Source: Candidatus Shapirobacteria bacterium | GTDB taxonomy: Bacteria > Patescibacteriota > Microgenomatia > UBA12405 | NCBI GenBank assembly: GCA_041661765.1 | Contig: JBAZTV010000002.1 | Coordinates: 203,279-267,278 of the forward strand | Length of the DNA stretch: 64,000 nucleotides | Reading direction: 5' to 3' | Shown: positions 20,554-29,972 of the stretch, one piece after another | Position numbering within the stretch: the first letter of the stretch is position 1 | Layout: each line of letters starts with the position of its first letter | Notes under the pieces: model-generated | Database searches by the model: none | Seen by the model: the letters and a program-made list of their open reading frames with translations, nothing else | What the model was told of the DNA's origin: nothing | Made by a program: the position numbers and the translations under genes

Positions 20554-21066
20554 TTATTCTTCAGTTTCAATATTAGACACTAAATCACCATGATGATATT
20601 CTGCACCATTACGGCTAAGTTCAAACACACTATATCCAATTCTAGGTGTAAAAGTTATTGGTGTTTGTAAAATCATCTCTGGATCATTTTTACCATCAGT
20701 TTCAAAAGTGAGTAAATCAAAATCATCATTTACATTAAGAATTTCATCTCGACTACTTACCATCTTTTTACCATTACCATCTTCATCAAACTCCATTATC
20801 ATAAAAAAAATTTGTTTTTTAGCCATCTTTGACATACTTAGTTTGACTTTTGCCATCTGTAAATCTTTGTCGCCTTCTTTATCTGTAAACATTGTCCACT
20901 CCATTGGCTCATACTCTGTTCCATCATATTTGTGTCGTCGAAATGTTCCATCTAATAACTTTTTATAGATAGAGCCCTGGTCAGTTTGAAAACTTGTTAC
21001 ATTAGGACAAAAATCAATTGATTCTCTGTGTTGTTCAAGATTTGGTATATTCTCAGAATTTTCCAT
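20554..21066 (-). CDS. Hypothetical protein
   Basis: True start likely ATG 21066 (MENSEN); the longer ORF-track start lies inside tRNA-Glu. Confidence 0.7.
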   Translation of the reverse strand: MENSENIPNLEQHRESIDFCPNVTSFQTDQGSIYKKLLDGTFRRHKYDGTEYEPMEWTMFTDKEGDKDLQMAKVKLSMSKMAKKQIFFMIMEFDEDGNGKKMVSSRDEILNVNDDFDLLTFETDGKNDPEMILQTPITFTPRIGYSVFELSRNGAEYHHGDLVSNIETEE

Positions 21067-21070
21067 ATTG

Positions 21071-21143
21071 TGACTCCAGTGGGAGTCGAACCCACGATTG
21101 CCTGGATGAAAACCAGGAGTCCTAACCACTAGACGATGGAGCC
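21071..21143 (-). tRNA. tRNA-Glu(TTC)
   Basis: CCTGG-TTTTCAT-CCAGG. Confidence 0.95.
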
Positions 21144-21222
21144 ATTTAGTGACAAAGGTATTTTACCAAAACATATCGAATTTTTCATCAAATAAATTGT
21201 TTTGTTTTGATAAACTACTTTA

Positions 21223-21843
21223 ATGATTTATATTTTCCATGGCGACAATCAACTAGAAAGCCGCCGATCATTTAGCGATTTTTTAGACAAAAACAAAAAT
21301 ACCGACATTCTTCGTCTAGACTCTAAAAATATTACCGTTGATAAAGTAAATCTTTTTCTTCAAGAATCATCTCTTTTTAATACTAAAAAAACTCTGAGTA
21401 TTAGTAACTTATTTTCCACCAACAAATTAATCCTCGATCAAATTAATAAACTAATTAACCAAATCGAGAATATCGATGTTGTTATTTGGCAAGATAAAAC
21501 TCTAACTCCAACTCAAATTAAAACCTTTAAAACTGCTCAAATTAAAAACTTTCCTCTCGATAATAAATTATTTACCTGTCTTAACTCCATTAAACCCAAA
21601 AATTTAACCAAAGTTATTCCACTTTATCACCAAATAATAGACCTTGGTCTTTATGATCTTTTTCTTTATTTTTTAAAAAATAATTTTCGAAAACAATTAA
21701 CCTCTTATCCAAAGTTTGAACCACAAATTATCAAACGAATCTATTTGCAATTAATCGAATTGGATTTTAAAAACAAGACAGGGGATTTAACCATTCCCAA
21801 AGAATTAGCGTTAGAACGCCTTTTGACTAATTTAACTAAATAA
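21223..21843 (+). CDS. holA: Minimal DNA polymerase III delta (HolA)-like protein
   Basis: MIYIFHGDN start, SLF motif, C-terminal LIELDFKNKTG..LALERLL. Confidence 0.7.
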   Translation: MIYIFHGDNQLESRRSFSDFLDKNKNTDILRLDSKNITVDKVNLFLQESSLFNTKKTLSISNLFSTNKLILDQINKLINQIENIDVVIWQDKTLTPTQIKTFKTAQIKNFPLDNKLFTCLNSIKPKNLTKVIPLYHQIIDLGLYDLFLYFLKNNFRKQLTSYPKFEPQIIKRIYLQLIELDFKNKTGDLTIPKELALERLLTNLTK

Positions 21844-21950
21844 AATATAAGCTAGTTTGATTTATTTTAGAATACTTTGATATTGTTTATATCTATAATA
21901 TATAGTCTATATTTACCCTTAAATTAGGTAATTTTAAAAAATTAACTTAA

Positions 21951-21977
21951 TTAGCAATAGAAAAGTCAGACTGCTAA
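21951..21977. promoter_or_regulatory. CIRCE-like inverted repeat upstream of ppsA
   Basis: TTAGCA-ATAGAAAAGTCAGAC-TGCTAA (N15). Confidence 0.65.
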
Positions 21978-22028
21978 ATATATAAATGTCTCTTCCTTTT
22001 TATTTAATAAATCTGTATTATTTTATAT

Positions 22029-24299
22029 ATGAAGGATCAAGATATTTTATGGTTTAAAGAAATTGGTTTTGATGATGTGAATCTAGTTGGAGGTAAAGGT
22101 GCAAATCTAGGTGAAATGTATAACCTAGGAATCCCAGTTCCCAATGGTTTTGTTGTCCCTGCTAATGTTTATTTTCAATTCATTAAGGAAAATAATCTTA
22201 AACCAAAAATTGAAAATATTTTAAAAACTACCGATATCGATCAACCAGATCAGCTTTTAACTGCTTCTAAACAAATAAAAACTATAATTAAAAAAAGTCC
22301 CATCAATCATCAAACCGCCATTAAGATTATGGCGGCTTATAAAAAACTTTCTGATTTTGGTGGATTAAAAGATACTCCTGTTGCTGTTCGCACTTCAGCT
22401 ACTGCTGAAGATACTGCCGATGCTTCTTTTGCTGGTCAGGGAGAAACTTTTTTAAATGTAATTGGCGAAACCAATGTTCTCCACCGTGTTCGTGATTGTT
22501 GGGCCAGTCTTTTTACCCCTAGATCAATTTTTTATCAAGTCAAAAAACACTACGATCATTTCAAAATTGGCGTCGCTGTTCCCGTTCAAAAATTAATTCA
22601 ATCAGAAGTTTCCGGAATCGTTTTCACTGTTAACCCTGTCACCAATGAAAAAAACCAAATCATCGTCGAAACTATTTGGGGTCTCGGTGAATATATTGTC
22701 CAAGGAATAGTTTCTCCGGATCAATATGTAATTGATAAAAACAATTGGACTGTTATTTCCGAAAATCATGTCGAACAAAAAACTCAATTACTCAGATCAG
22801 AACACGAAACCAAAGAAGTTTCAGTTCCTAAATCCAAACAAAAGAAAGTTAAAATTACCGGAACCGCTGCTATTAAAATTGCCAAAATTAGTCAAAAACT
22901 TCATAGCCATTACGGTAAACCCCAAGACATTGAATTTGCCATAGACAATAAAGGTAAACTTTTTATTGTTCAAACTCGTCCAATCACCACTGTTATTTCA
23001 AATCAAAAAACTCTTGATAATCAATCAAAAATAAATCAAAAACCAGACCTCACTGGTGAACAGGCTAGTCCTGGAACTGCCACAGGCACCGTTATTATTA
23101 TTAATAACCCAAAAGAAATTGATCGTGTTCAAAAAGGTCAAATTTTAGTTACCACTATGACCACTCCTGATTTTGTTCCGGCTATGAAAAAAGTCAACGG
23201 TATTATCACTGACAAAGGTGGGCAAACTTCTCATGCTGCCATTGTCAGCCGCGAACTAGGAGTCCCGTGTGTAGTTGGTACTAAAACCGCCACCAAATTT
23301 TTAAAAGAAGGAGATATTGTAACTTTAAACGGAACTACTGGTGAAATTTGGAAAGGAAATTTAATTGATAAAAACGCTCCAATAATTAAAAAACAACCAT
23401 CCACTGCTAAAACAGCCACTAAAATTTATGTTAATTTAGGTGAACCAGACTTGGCTGAAATGATTTCTAAAAGAAATGTTGATGGCATTGGTCTTTTGCG
23501 GGCCGAATTTATGTTGGCCAACATCGGCATTCATCCAAAAAGAATTATTGCCGAAGGAAAGGAAAAAGCATATATCAATAAACTCGCCAAAGAAATGGTT
23601 AAATTTTGTAAAAGTTTTAATCCTCGACCAGTTATTTATCGCGCCACCGATTTCAAAACCAACGAATATCGCTCTTTAAAATGGGGGAAATTATATGAAC
23701 CAGAAGAACCAAACCCATTAATGGGTTTCCGTGGCGCTGCTCGTTATATAAGTTCTCCAGATGTTTTTTATATGGAACTCGAAGCCATCAAGCAAGTCAG
23801 AACTAAATACGGCTACAAAAATATCTGGCTAATGATCCCTTTTGTTCGAACTCCACATGAATTGGCCGAAGTCAAAAAAATAGTTACTAGTGCTGGACTT
23901 TTGCGTTCACCCTCATTCAAATTTTTAATGATGGCCGAAATTCCCAGTAATGTTATTCTTTTAGATAAATTTATTGATGTCGGTATTGATGGTATTTCTA
24001 TTGGTAGTAATGATTTAACCATGCTCACCCTTGGTATTGATCGCGACAACAACGAAGTTGCTAAATCCTTCAATGAAATGGATCCAGCTGTTCTTTGGTC
24101 ACTTAAAAGACTAGTCACTAAATCCAAAAAACGCGGTATCACCTGTTCAATTTGTGGACAAGCTCCAAGTAACTATCCTGAATTAGTTGAAAAATTAGTT
24201 AGGTGGGGAGCCACCAGCATTTCTGTCAGTCCCGACGCCATCGATGCCACCCGTGATGTTGTTGCCTGGGCTGAAAAAAGAAATATTAGTAAAAAATAA
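22029..24299 (+). CDS. ppsA: Phosphoenolpyruvate synthase (pyruvate, water dikinase)
   Basis: VGGKGANLGE, AVRTSATAED, SFAGQ, GGQTSHAAIVSRE, SIGSNDL, ICGQAPS. Confidence 0.96.
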   Translation: MKDQDILWFKEIGFDDVNLVGGKGANLGEMYNLGIPVPNGFVVPANVYFQFIKENNLKPKIENILKTTDIDQPDQLLTASKQIKTIIKKSPINHQTAIKIMAAYKKLSDFGGLKDTPVAVRTSATAEDTADASFAGQGETFLNVIGETNVLHRVRDCWASLFTPRSIFYQVKKHYDHFKIGVAVPVQKLIQSEVSGIVFTVNPVTNEKNQIIVETIWGLGEYIVQGIVSPDQYVIDKNNWTVISENHVEQKTQLLRSEHETKEVSVPKSKQKKVKITGTAAIKIAKISQKLHSHYGKPQDIEFAIDNKGKLFIVQTRPITTVISNQKTLDNQSKINQKPDLTGEQASPGTATGTVIIINNPKEIDRVQKGQILVTTMTTPDFVPAMKKVNGIITDKGGQTSHAAIVSRELGVPCVVGTKTATKFLKEGDIVTLNGTTGEIWKGNLIDKNAPIIKKQPSTAKTATKIYVNLGEPDLAEMISKRNVDGIGLLRAEFMLANIGIHPKRIIAEGKEKAYINKLAKEMVKFCKSFNPRPVIYRATDFKTNEYRSLKWGKLYEPEEPNPLMGFRGAARYISSPDVFYMELEAIKQVRTKYGYKNIWLMIPFVRTPHELAEVKKIVTSAGLLRSPSFKFLMMAEIPSNVILLDKFIDVGIDGISIGSNDLTMLTLGIDRDNNEVAKSFNEMDPAVLWSLKRLVTKSKKRGITCSICGQAPSNYPELVEKLVRWGATSISVSPDAIDATRDVVAWAEKRNISKK

Positions 24300-24924
24300 C
24301 AGTCATTTCACCTTTTAATTCTTTATTGACAGTCGGTAAAATTTCTTCAAATTTTTTTGTCATTTCTCGAATGATCGCAATTTGAACATCATTTCCGTAA
24401 ATTTTTTTAACCTGTTCTTCTAATTTTTTAACTCTAAAAGGGGATTCGTAAACAATTTTAGCCCCATCAAACTCTTTATATTTTTCCAATATTTTTAACC
24501 TCTCACCATCTTTTTTGGGTAAAAATCCTAAAAACATAAATCTTCCCGACGGAATTCCCGATAATACTAAAGCATTAATTGCCGCACAGGCTCCCGGCAA
24601 AGAAGTATAAGGAATACCTGAATTACGGCATTTTTTAATTAATTTCCACCCCGGATCAGAAATAATCGGTGTTCCCGCATCAGTCACTAAAGCCATTTCA
24701 TTCCCATCTTGTAATAATTTAATCACCTCCGGAATTTTTTGTTCTTCAACTTCATCGTAAAAAGAAATTAATTTAGGTTTATTTTTAATTTTCAAATTTA
24801 CCAATAACAACCCAGTGTTTCGGGTATCTTCACAAAGTAGATACTCCACTTTCTCTAAAGTTTCTAAAGCCCTAACCGTAATATCTCCCAAATTCCCAAT
24901 CGGTGTTGCAATAATATATAGCAT
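24286..24924 (-). CDS. rsmI: 16S rRNA (C1402-2'-O)-methyltransferase
   Basis: ATPIGNLGD, EDTR, DAGTPIISDPG, YESPFR, REMTKKFEE. Confidence 0.95.
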   Translation of the reverse strand: MLYIIATPIGNLGDITVRALETLEKVEYLLCEDTRNTGLLLVNLKIKNKPKLISFYDEVEEQKIPEVIKLLQDGNEMALVTDAGTPIISDPGWKLIKKCRNSGIPYTSLPGACAAINALVLSGIPSGRFMFLGFLPKKDGERLKILEKYKEFDGAKIVYESPFRVKKLEEQVKKIYGNDVQIAIIREMTKKFEEILPTVNKELKGEMTVIFY

Positions 24925-24951
24925 CGCCTATTTTACCTCATTGTAGCACTG

Positions 24952-24965
24952 TAACAGTACTGTTA
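24952..24965. promoter_or_regulatory. Perfect 14-bp palindrome in divergent promoter region (candidate operator)
   Basis: TAACAGTACTGTTA, 13 nt before ATG 24979. Confidence 0.5.
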
Positions 24966-24978
24966 TTATGTTAATAAT

Positions 24979-26259
24979 ATGACAAACGAAATTTACAGAC
25001 TTTACACTGTTTCAGAAATAGAATCATTGCTTGGTAAAAATTATTTTTATAAACAAAGAATATATCGATTAGCAAGTTCCAAAAAAATCGTTGAATTTAG
25101 TCGAAAAGGAATTGCTGTATATATGGCATCACATGTAATAGGTACGTTTATTAAAGAATTAGAACTCCGTATTCAAGATAAATTTCCAGAATTGGATGTA
25201 GCCAAACTTCGAATTTTTTACGACATTACCAAAGAAAAACGTATTGTTGTTGATGGATTATTTGGACGAGGCATTTCAGTTAATACTGACGAAGAAAATG
25301 AAGAAGATTTAATAAAAAAGATAAAAAGTATTATTGAATGGTTAGGTGATAATTACGAAATTCCAATTGAATCAATAGAGGCAGAAGAAGAACAATTAAT
25401 TGATTCTGCAAAAGAAACAAAAGATGAATTAGCTAAAGTATTACCCGAAGAAGTTTTTTGGGTACGATTAGACACTGGAATTATAGAGGGAATTGAAATT
25501 AAAAGTAATATTTTAATTAGTCTTCCATCTATTGCTCAATTTGTAGGGATAAGAACTAATAAATTGATTGAATGGATTAGCCGAACAACTTTTTCAAATT
25601 TCGTTTTAAGCGCACACTACAGACAAATTCAAGGTGCCGGAAAACCGGTACCTTGGAAAAAAGGCATAGCTACTGGACTTACTCCATTTATTCCCTTTGA
25701 ACTTTTACCTGAAATCATTGTTGCTTTAAAACAAAGCCGAAACACTCCATCCTATCCTGAAAAAGCTGAAATGCTATATGAATTAGCTCAAAAAACATTA
25801 AGTGCTGTTGGTTTAGCTGTTTCTGGAAACAAAGATAAAGCCGCTGAAGAACTTGCCAAAATAGGACAAGGATTAGGTTTGTCAGCTGCAGATCAAATAA
25901 TTGGACTTTTTAAACAATATGAATCAAGAGACTTTCAAGTCCAAACGACAAAAGAATTTAATAGCAAAATAAAATCATTAAATTTAGATTATGTAACAAC
26001 TATTGGCAAGTTAACCTTCGGTATAACCGGCAGATATCCATCGCAATGGAAGTTATTAGGAACAGTCAGAAATTTACCTAAAATTGTCACCAATTCTAGT
26101 CGTGAAGTTATGAGAAAATTAGAACCAAGTGACAGTGTCGGTATGGCTTTTGGTGAAAAATCATTTACTAAAGATCCTGATATTAATGAAGCTGTAGAGA
26201 CTGGAAAACAAGGTAAAAATTTCTATGAAAGATTAAAAAAAGTCGGATTATTAGATTAA
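24979..26259 (+). CDS. Uncharacterised 426-aa protein, candidate phage-antirepressor-like DNA-binding protein
   Basis: Long ORF; N-terminal excisionase-like HTH (YTVSEIESLLG..KQRIYRL); later segments loosely resemble P63C/Bro-type proteins. Confidence 0.6.
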   Translation: MTNEIYRLYTVSEIESLLGKNYFYKQRIYRLASSKKIVEFSRKGIAVYMASHVIGTFIKELELRIQDKFPELDVAKLRIFYDITKEKRIVVDGLFGRGISVNTDEENEEDLIKKIKSIIEWLGDNYEIPIESIEAEEEQLIDSAKETKDELAKVLPEEVFWVRLDTGIIEGIEIKSNILISLPSIAQFVGIRTNKLIEWISRTTFSNFVLSAHYRQIQGAGKPVPWKKGIATGLTPFIPFELLPEIIVALKQSRNTPSYPEKAEMLYELAQKTLSAVGLAVSGNKDKAAEELAKIGQGLGLSAADQIIGLFKQYESRDFQVQTTKEFNSKIKSLNLDYVTTIGKLTFGITGRYPSQWKLLGTVRNLPKIVTNSSREVMRKLEPSDSVGMAFGEKSFTKDPDINEAVETGKQGKNFYERLKKVGLLD

Positions 26260-26894
26260 TTGAATTGTCTAATTACCGCCACCACCTTTCCTCTAATTTC
26301 CACATCTGTCACATAAATAGGAGACATGGTTGTATTTGCCGGCTGTAATCGAATCCGACTAGCTTCTCGATAATATCGTTTCAAAGTAGCAAATCCATTT
26401 TTTAAAACCGCCACTACAATATCACCATTATTAGCATTTTTTTGTTCTCTAACCACCACATAATCACCACTCAAAATCCCATCATCAATCATCGAATCTC
26501 CTTTAGCCTGCAAAACAAAAGATTGATCTCCTGGTTTTACTAAATTTGAATTTACTCCAATTGTTGCGTTTGGATCAGTGTATGGCTCAATCGGCTCACC
26601 ACAAGCAATGAACCCCAAAACCGGCAATTCAATAAATCCTGAAATTTTATCCATCAAATTCTGCTTTGTAGAACTTGCAGAATCTAAAACTTCTATCCCT
26701 CTAACCGCTCCGCGATATCTTCTAATTAATCCTTTTTTTTCTAAAACCGCCAAATGCTCATGCACTGTTGCAAGTGAAGAAAGACCTAAGTGCTGGGCCA
26801 TTTCTGTCAATGTCGGTGCATATCCATATTTCGAAATAGTTTGTTCAATATAATCTAAAATTTGTTTTTGTCTTTTATACAAAATTGTTGCCAT
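26256..26894 (-). CDS. lexA: LexA repressor
   Basis: wHTH (PTLTEMAQHLGLSS..HLAVLEKKGLI), IACG cleavage site, GDSM Ser, TLKR Lys; start at ATG 26894. Confidence 0.95.
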   Translation of the reverse strand: MATILYKRQKQILDYIEQTISKYGYAPTLTEMAQHLGLSSLATVHEHLAVLEKKGLIRRYRGAVRGIEVLDSASSTKQNLMDKISGFIELPVLGFIACGEPIEPYTDPNATIGVNSNLVKPGDQSFVLQAKGDSMIDDGILSGDYVVVREQKNANNGDIVVAVLKNGFATLKRYYREASRIRLQPANTTMSPIYVTDVEIRGKVVAVIRQFN

Positions 26895-26900
26895 AGACAA

Positions 26901-26928
26901 ATGATACGCGAACAATACCCGAAGTCAA
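26901..26928 (-). promoter_or_regulatory. lexA promoter with direct-repeat candidate LexA box
   Basis: TTGACT-16-TATCAT-6-ATG containing TTCGG-N6-TTCGC. Confidence 0.65.
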
Positions 26929-27168
26929 TGATGTAAATCGAAAACACTAATAAAATCTATCCCATAATTTGACAAATGGCCATTTTCTCAGTAAAATTTC
27001 TAACTTTTATTAAATAATTAAAAGCTGATTAATTTAGTAAATTTGTCCCTTAAAAATCAATAAAACTCATTTTGTATTCTTTGCAATATATTTTTACAGA
27101 TCATTTTTGGTCTTTAGAGATATATTGCAAAAGCAATATAAATAAAAAAAAGAGGTGTATATATATAA

Positions 27169-27474
27169 ATGACCATTGAAACAATTTTCAACGAATGTTT
27201 ACTTAAGAAAAATGAACCTACCACCGATATTGTCAAAGCCGAAGGCATAATCACAACAGTATTTTTAAAAGAATCCAGCCTACAAAAAAACAAAAATGAA
27301 ATTGAAAAATTATTAAAAAAAATTCCAGATAATTTTCAAATATCCATTAAAGACACTAAGTGGACTAGCTCACATCAAAAATTAGAAAAGTTATTCCAAC
27401 TAGGTATCGGTATAGGTACGATTAACGTAATCAGAGTAAACGGAGAGCTATATCATATTATTAATAATCAATAA
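27169..27474 (+). CDS. Hypothetical protein
   Basis: 101-aa ORF, SD GAGGTG, own hairpin leader and terminator. Confidence 0.7.
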   Translation: MTIETIFNECLLKKNEPTTDIVKAEGIITTVFLKESSLQKNKNEIEKLLKKIPDNFQISIKDTKWTSSHQKLEKLFQLGIGIGTINVIRVNGELYHIINNQ

Positions 27475-27510
27475 AAAACCTCTATTCCTTTGAGTTTTAT
27501 TATTTCCCTT

Positions 27511-27552
27511 AATACCGACAGGTTTGTGTAAAAACAAATTTGCCGGTATTTT
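27511..27552 (+). terminator. Intrinsic terminator
   Basis: AATACCGACAGGTTTG..CAAATTTGCCGGTATT then TT. Confidence 0.65.
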
Positions 27553-27598
27553 CTTGTCAAAAAAATAAATCTATCAAATGTTATATTAGACTATCTTT

Positions 27599-29365
27599 AT
27601 GTTTCTATTTTTTTTAATTTCCTTTTTATTTTTTTCTGTAAATTCCGCCAATGCTGCTGATGAATTTAAAACCCAACAAAAAATAAATTACCAAATTGAT
27701 AATCAAGGCAATACCATAGTCAATCAAGAAATTCAATTAATTAATAATTTTTCCGAAATTTACCCTACTGTCTATCAATTAATTTTATCAGGCCCAGCTC
27801 TGGAAAATATCACCGGCACCGACAGTCAGGGAAATATTATCCAAAAAATAAATCATCAAGACGACCTTAATACTATTGATATCAAATTCAATAATAATAA
27901 TCTCGGTAAAGACAAAATCACTAAATTTAATTTAAACTACACCATCCCCAAATTAGCCACTCAAAAAGGGAACATTTGGGAAGTTTCCGTTCCAGAAAAC
28001 AAAAATATAAAACCCAATGATATTAACGAAATAAATATATTAGTTCCCAGCTCCTTTGGTAATCTTTCTTTTGCCTCATCAAATCCGAAAAATTCAATTC
28101 CCTTAAATAATCAGACCCAAATACTTTTTAATAACCCTAATCAAAAAATATTTTTAATTTTTGGTAACTATCAGCTTTTTGATTTCCATTTCAAATATTT
28201 TTTAGAAAATACCACCAATCAATCCCAAATTTTAGAAATTGCTATCCCTCCAGAAACCGATAATCAAAAAATAATTTATAAAGAAATATCACCCCCACCT
28301 TTAAATATTAGAATTGATGGCGATGGTAATTGGTTAGCTCAATACAAATTGACCAGTAATCAGGAATTAGAAATCAACATTTCCGGTCAAGCCAAAATTA
28401 TTCCCAATAATATTAAAGCTTTAATTAATGAAGACGATTATTTAAAAGAACAAAATTTTTGGCCCATCAATGACCCTTCCATAAAACAAATTACCAACTC
28501 TCTTAAAACTATTAAAGATATTTACAATTACACTGTTGATACTCTTAATTACAATTATGACTCAATTAATGCCTCCGAACGTAAAGGTGCTCTTAACACT
28601 TTAATTTCACCAAACTCATCAATTTGTACCGATTTTACCGATCTTTTTATAACTCTCTCCCGATCCAAAGGAATTCCTGCTCGTGAAGTTGAGGGTTTTG
28701 CTTACACTAATAATTCTAAAATAAAACCAATCAATATCAATGCCGACATTCTCCATGCCTGGCCTCAATACTACGACCAAGATAAACAATCATGGGTTTC
28801 TGTAGACCCCACCTGGGAAAAAACCACCAATGGTGTTGACTATTTTAAAGACCTTGATCCAAATCATTTTGCTTTTGTTTTTCATGGTCTCGACAGCGAA
28901 AATCCACTTCCACCCGGCGGTTACAAAAACAATCACAATATTAAAACCATCGAAGTTGAATTCGCCACTCAAGAACTACAGGCTAGTTACGAAAATCTTA
29001 AAATAACTTCCCTAAATAAAAAAATTTACCAACCAATAAAAATTAAAATTTCTAATCAAAATAATAATTCTATATCCGATTTAAAAATTAACATTCCCAA
29101 TTTAAATTGGCAACAGAAAATTCCTGTATTAACACCATTTTCATCTATCGAGATAACTTTGCCAAATTATCCATTTTTAAAATCTCTAAACCCTATCAAC
29201 AGGAATATAAATATTAAAGTCGAATCGTTAAACACCACTTCTAATCAAATCTCCATTTCTAACCCTAAATACTATCTAAATTTAATTATTTTTATTGGCG
29301 CAGCTATCACTTTTTTAGGTTTCAGCGGTATAATACTAAATAGTAGTAAAAAACATAAAAAATGA
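27599..29365 (+). CDS. Secreted, C-terminally anchored transglutaminase-like protein
   Basis: Signal peptide; Cys-His-Asp motifs SICTDF, LHAWPQYY, WVSVDPTW; C-terminal TM. Confidence 0.88.
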   Translation: MFLFFLISFLFFSVNSANAADEFKTQQKINYQIDNQGNTIVNQEIQLINNFSEIYPTVYQLILSGPALENITGTDSQGNIIQKINHQDDLNTIDIKFNNNNLGKDKITKFNLNYTIPKLATQKGNIWEVSVPENKNIKPNDINEINILVPSSFGNLSFASSNPKNSIPLNNQTQILFNNPNQKIFLIFGNYQLFDFHFKYFLENTTNQSQILEIAIPPETDNQKIIYKEISPPPLNIRIDGDGNWLAQYKLTSNQELEINISGQAKIIPNNIKALINEDDYLKEQNFWPINDPSIKQITNSLKTIKDIYNYTVDTLNYNYDSINASERKGALNTLISPNSSICTDFTDLFITLSRSKGIPAREVEGFAYTNNSKIKPININADILHAWPQYYDQDKQSWVSVDPTWEKTTNGVDYFKDLDPNHFAFVFHGLDSENPLPPGGYKNNHNIKTIEVEFATQELQASYENLKITSLNKKIYQPIKIKISNQNNNSISDLKINIPNLNWQQKIPVLTPFSSIEITLPNYPFLKSLNPINRNINIKVESLNTTSNQISISNPKYYLNLIIFIGAAITFLGFSGIILNSSKKHKK

Positions 29366-29757
29366 AAAAAATACTTAGATATATTATTCTTTTTACCTTT
29401 TCCATCGTCACCGCCAATCAAATCTGGCATAATTTTTATTTTCAACAAATTCCTTGGACTATTATTAAAGTCGCCATAATCTTAACCATTTTTGAACTTC
29501 TTTTAAAACCCATCATTAAAATTCTCTTGATTCCAATTAATATCCTAACTTTAGGATTGTTTCGAATCGTAATTGACACTCTTGGTCTATATTTAGCTGT
29601 TTTCTTTATTGTCGATTTTCAAATAGGAAATATATACATCTCCCAGTATAATTATAATGTCAATAATTTTTGGGCTTATTTACTAAGCTCATTTACTGTC
29701 GGTACAATTTTATATATTTATAATTCAATTTTGCGCAAGAGCAAACCAAAAAAATGA
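29362..29757 (+). CDS. 4-TM holin-like membrane protein (YvlD/DUF360 type)
   Basis: LKPIIKILLIPINILTLGLF motif. Confidence 0.85.
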   Translation: MKKILRYIILFTFSIVTANQIWHNFYFQQIPWTIIKVAIILTIFELLLKPIIKILLIPINILTLGLFRIVIDTLGLYLAVFFIVDFQIGNIYISQYNYNVNNFWAYLLSSFTVGTILYIYNSILRKSKPKK

Positions 29758-29966
29758 AAACCACTCTAATTATTATTCAAATATTTTTATCAATTCTTTT
29801 AAGTGCCTTAATTTTTCTTCAATCAAATGGTGAAACTGAATCACAGTCAAACATTCTTTCTACTACCACAGTTAAAAAAAGAGGATGGGAAAAAATTATG
29901 TTTAATTTTACAATTTTCATCATCTTTCTTTTTCTAATTTCATCAATTATTCAAACTCTTCTATAA
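29754..29966 (+). CDS. secG: Preprotein translocase subunit SecG
   Basis: Two TM helices, IFLQS, KRGWEK. Confidence 0.85.
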   Translation: MKTTLIIIQIFLSILLSALIFLQSNGETESQSNILSTTTVKKRGWEKIMFNFTIFIIFLFLISSIIQTLL

Positions 29967-29972
29967 ATCATC

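Noticed and set aside
24948-24965. E. coli-type SOS box (CTGT-N8-ACAG)
   Set aside because: CTGT and ACAG are present but the spacing is wrong.
29362-29757. Prophage suggested by the holin-like gene
   Set aside because: No other phage genes; it sits in a housekeeping-like context with secG.
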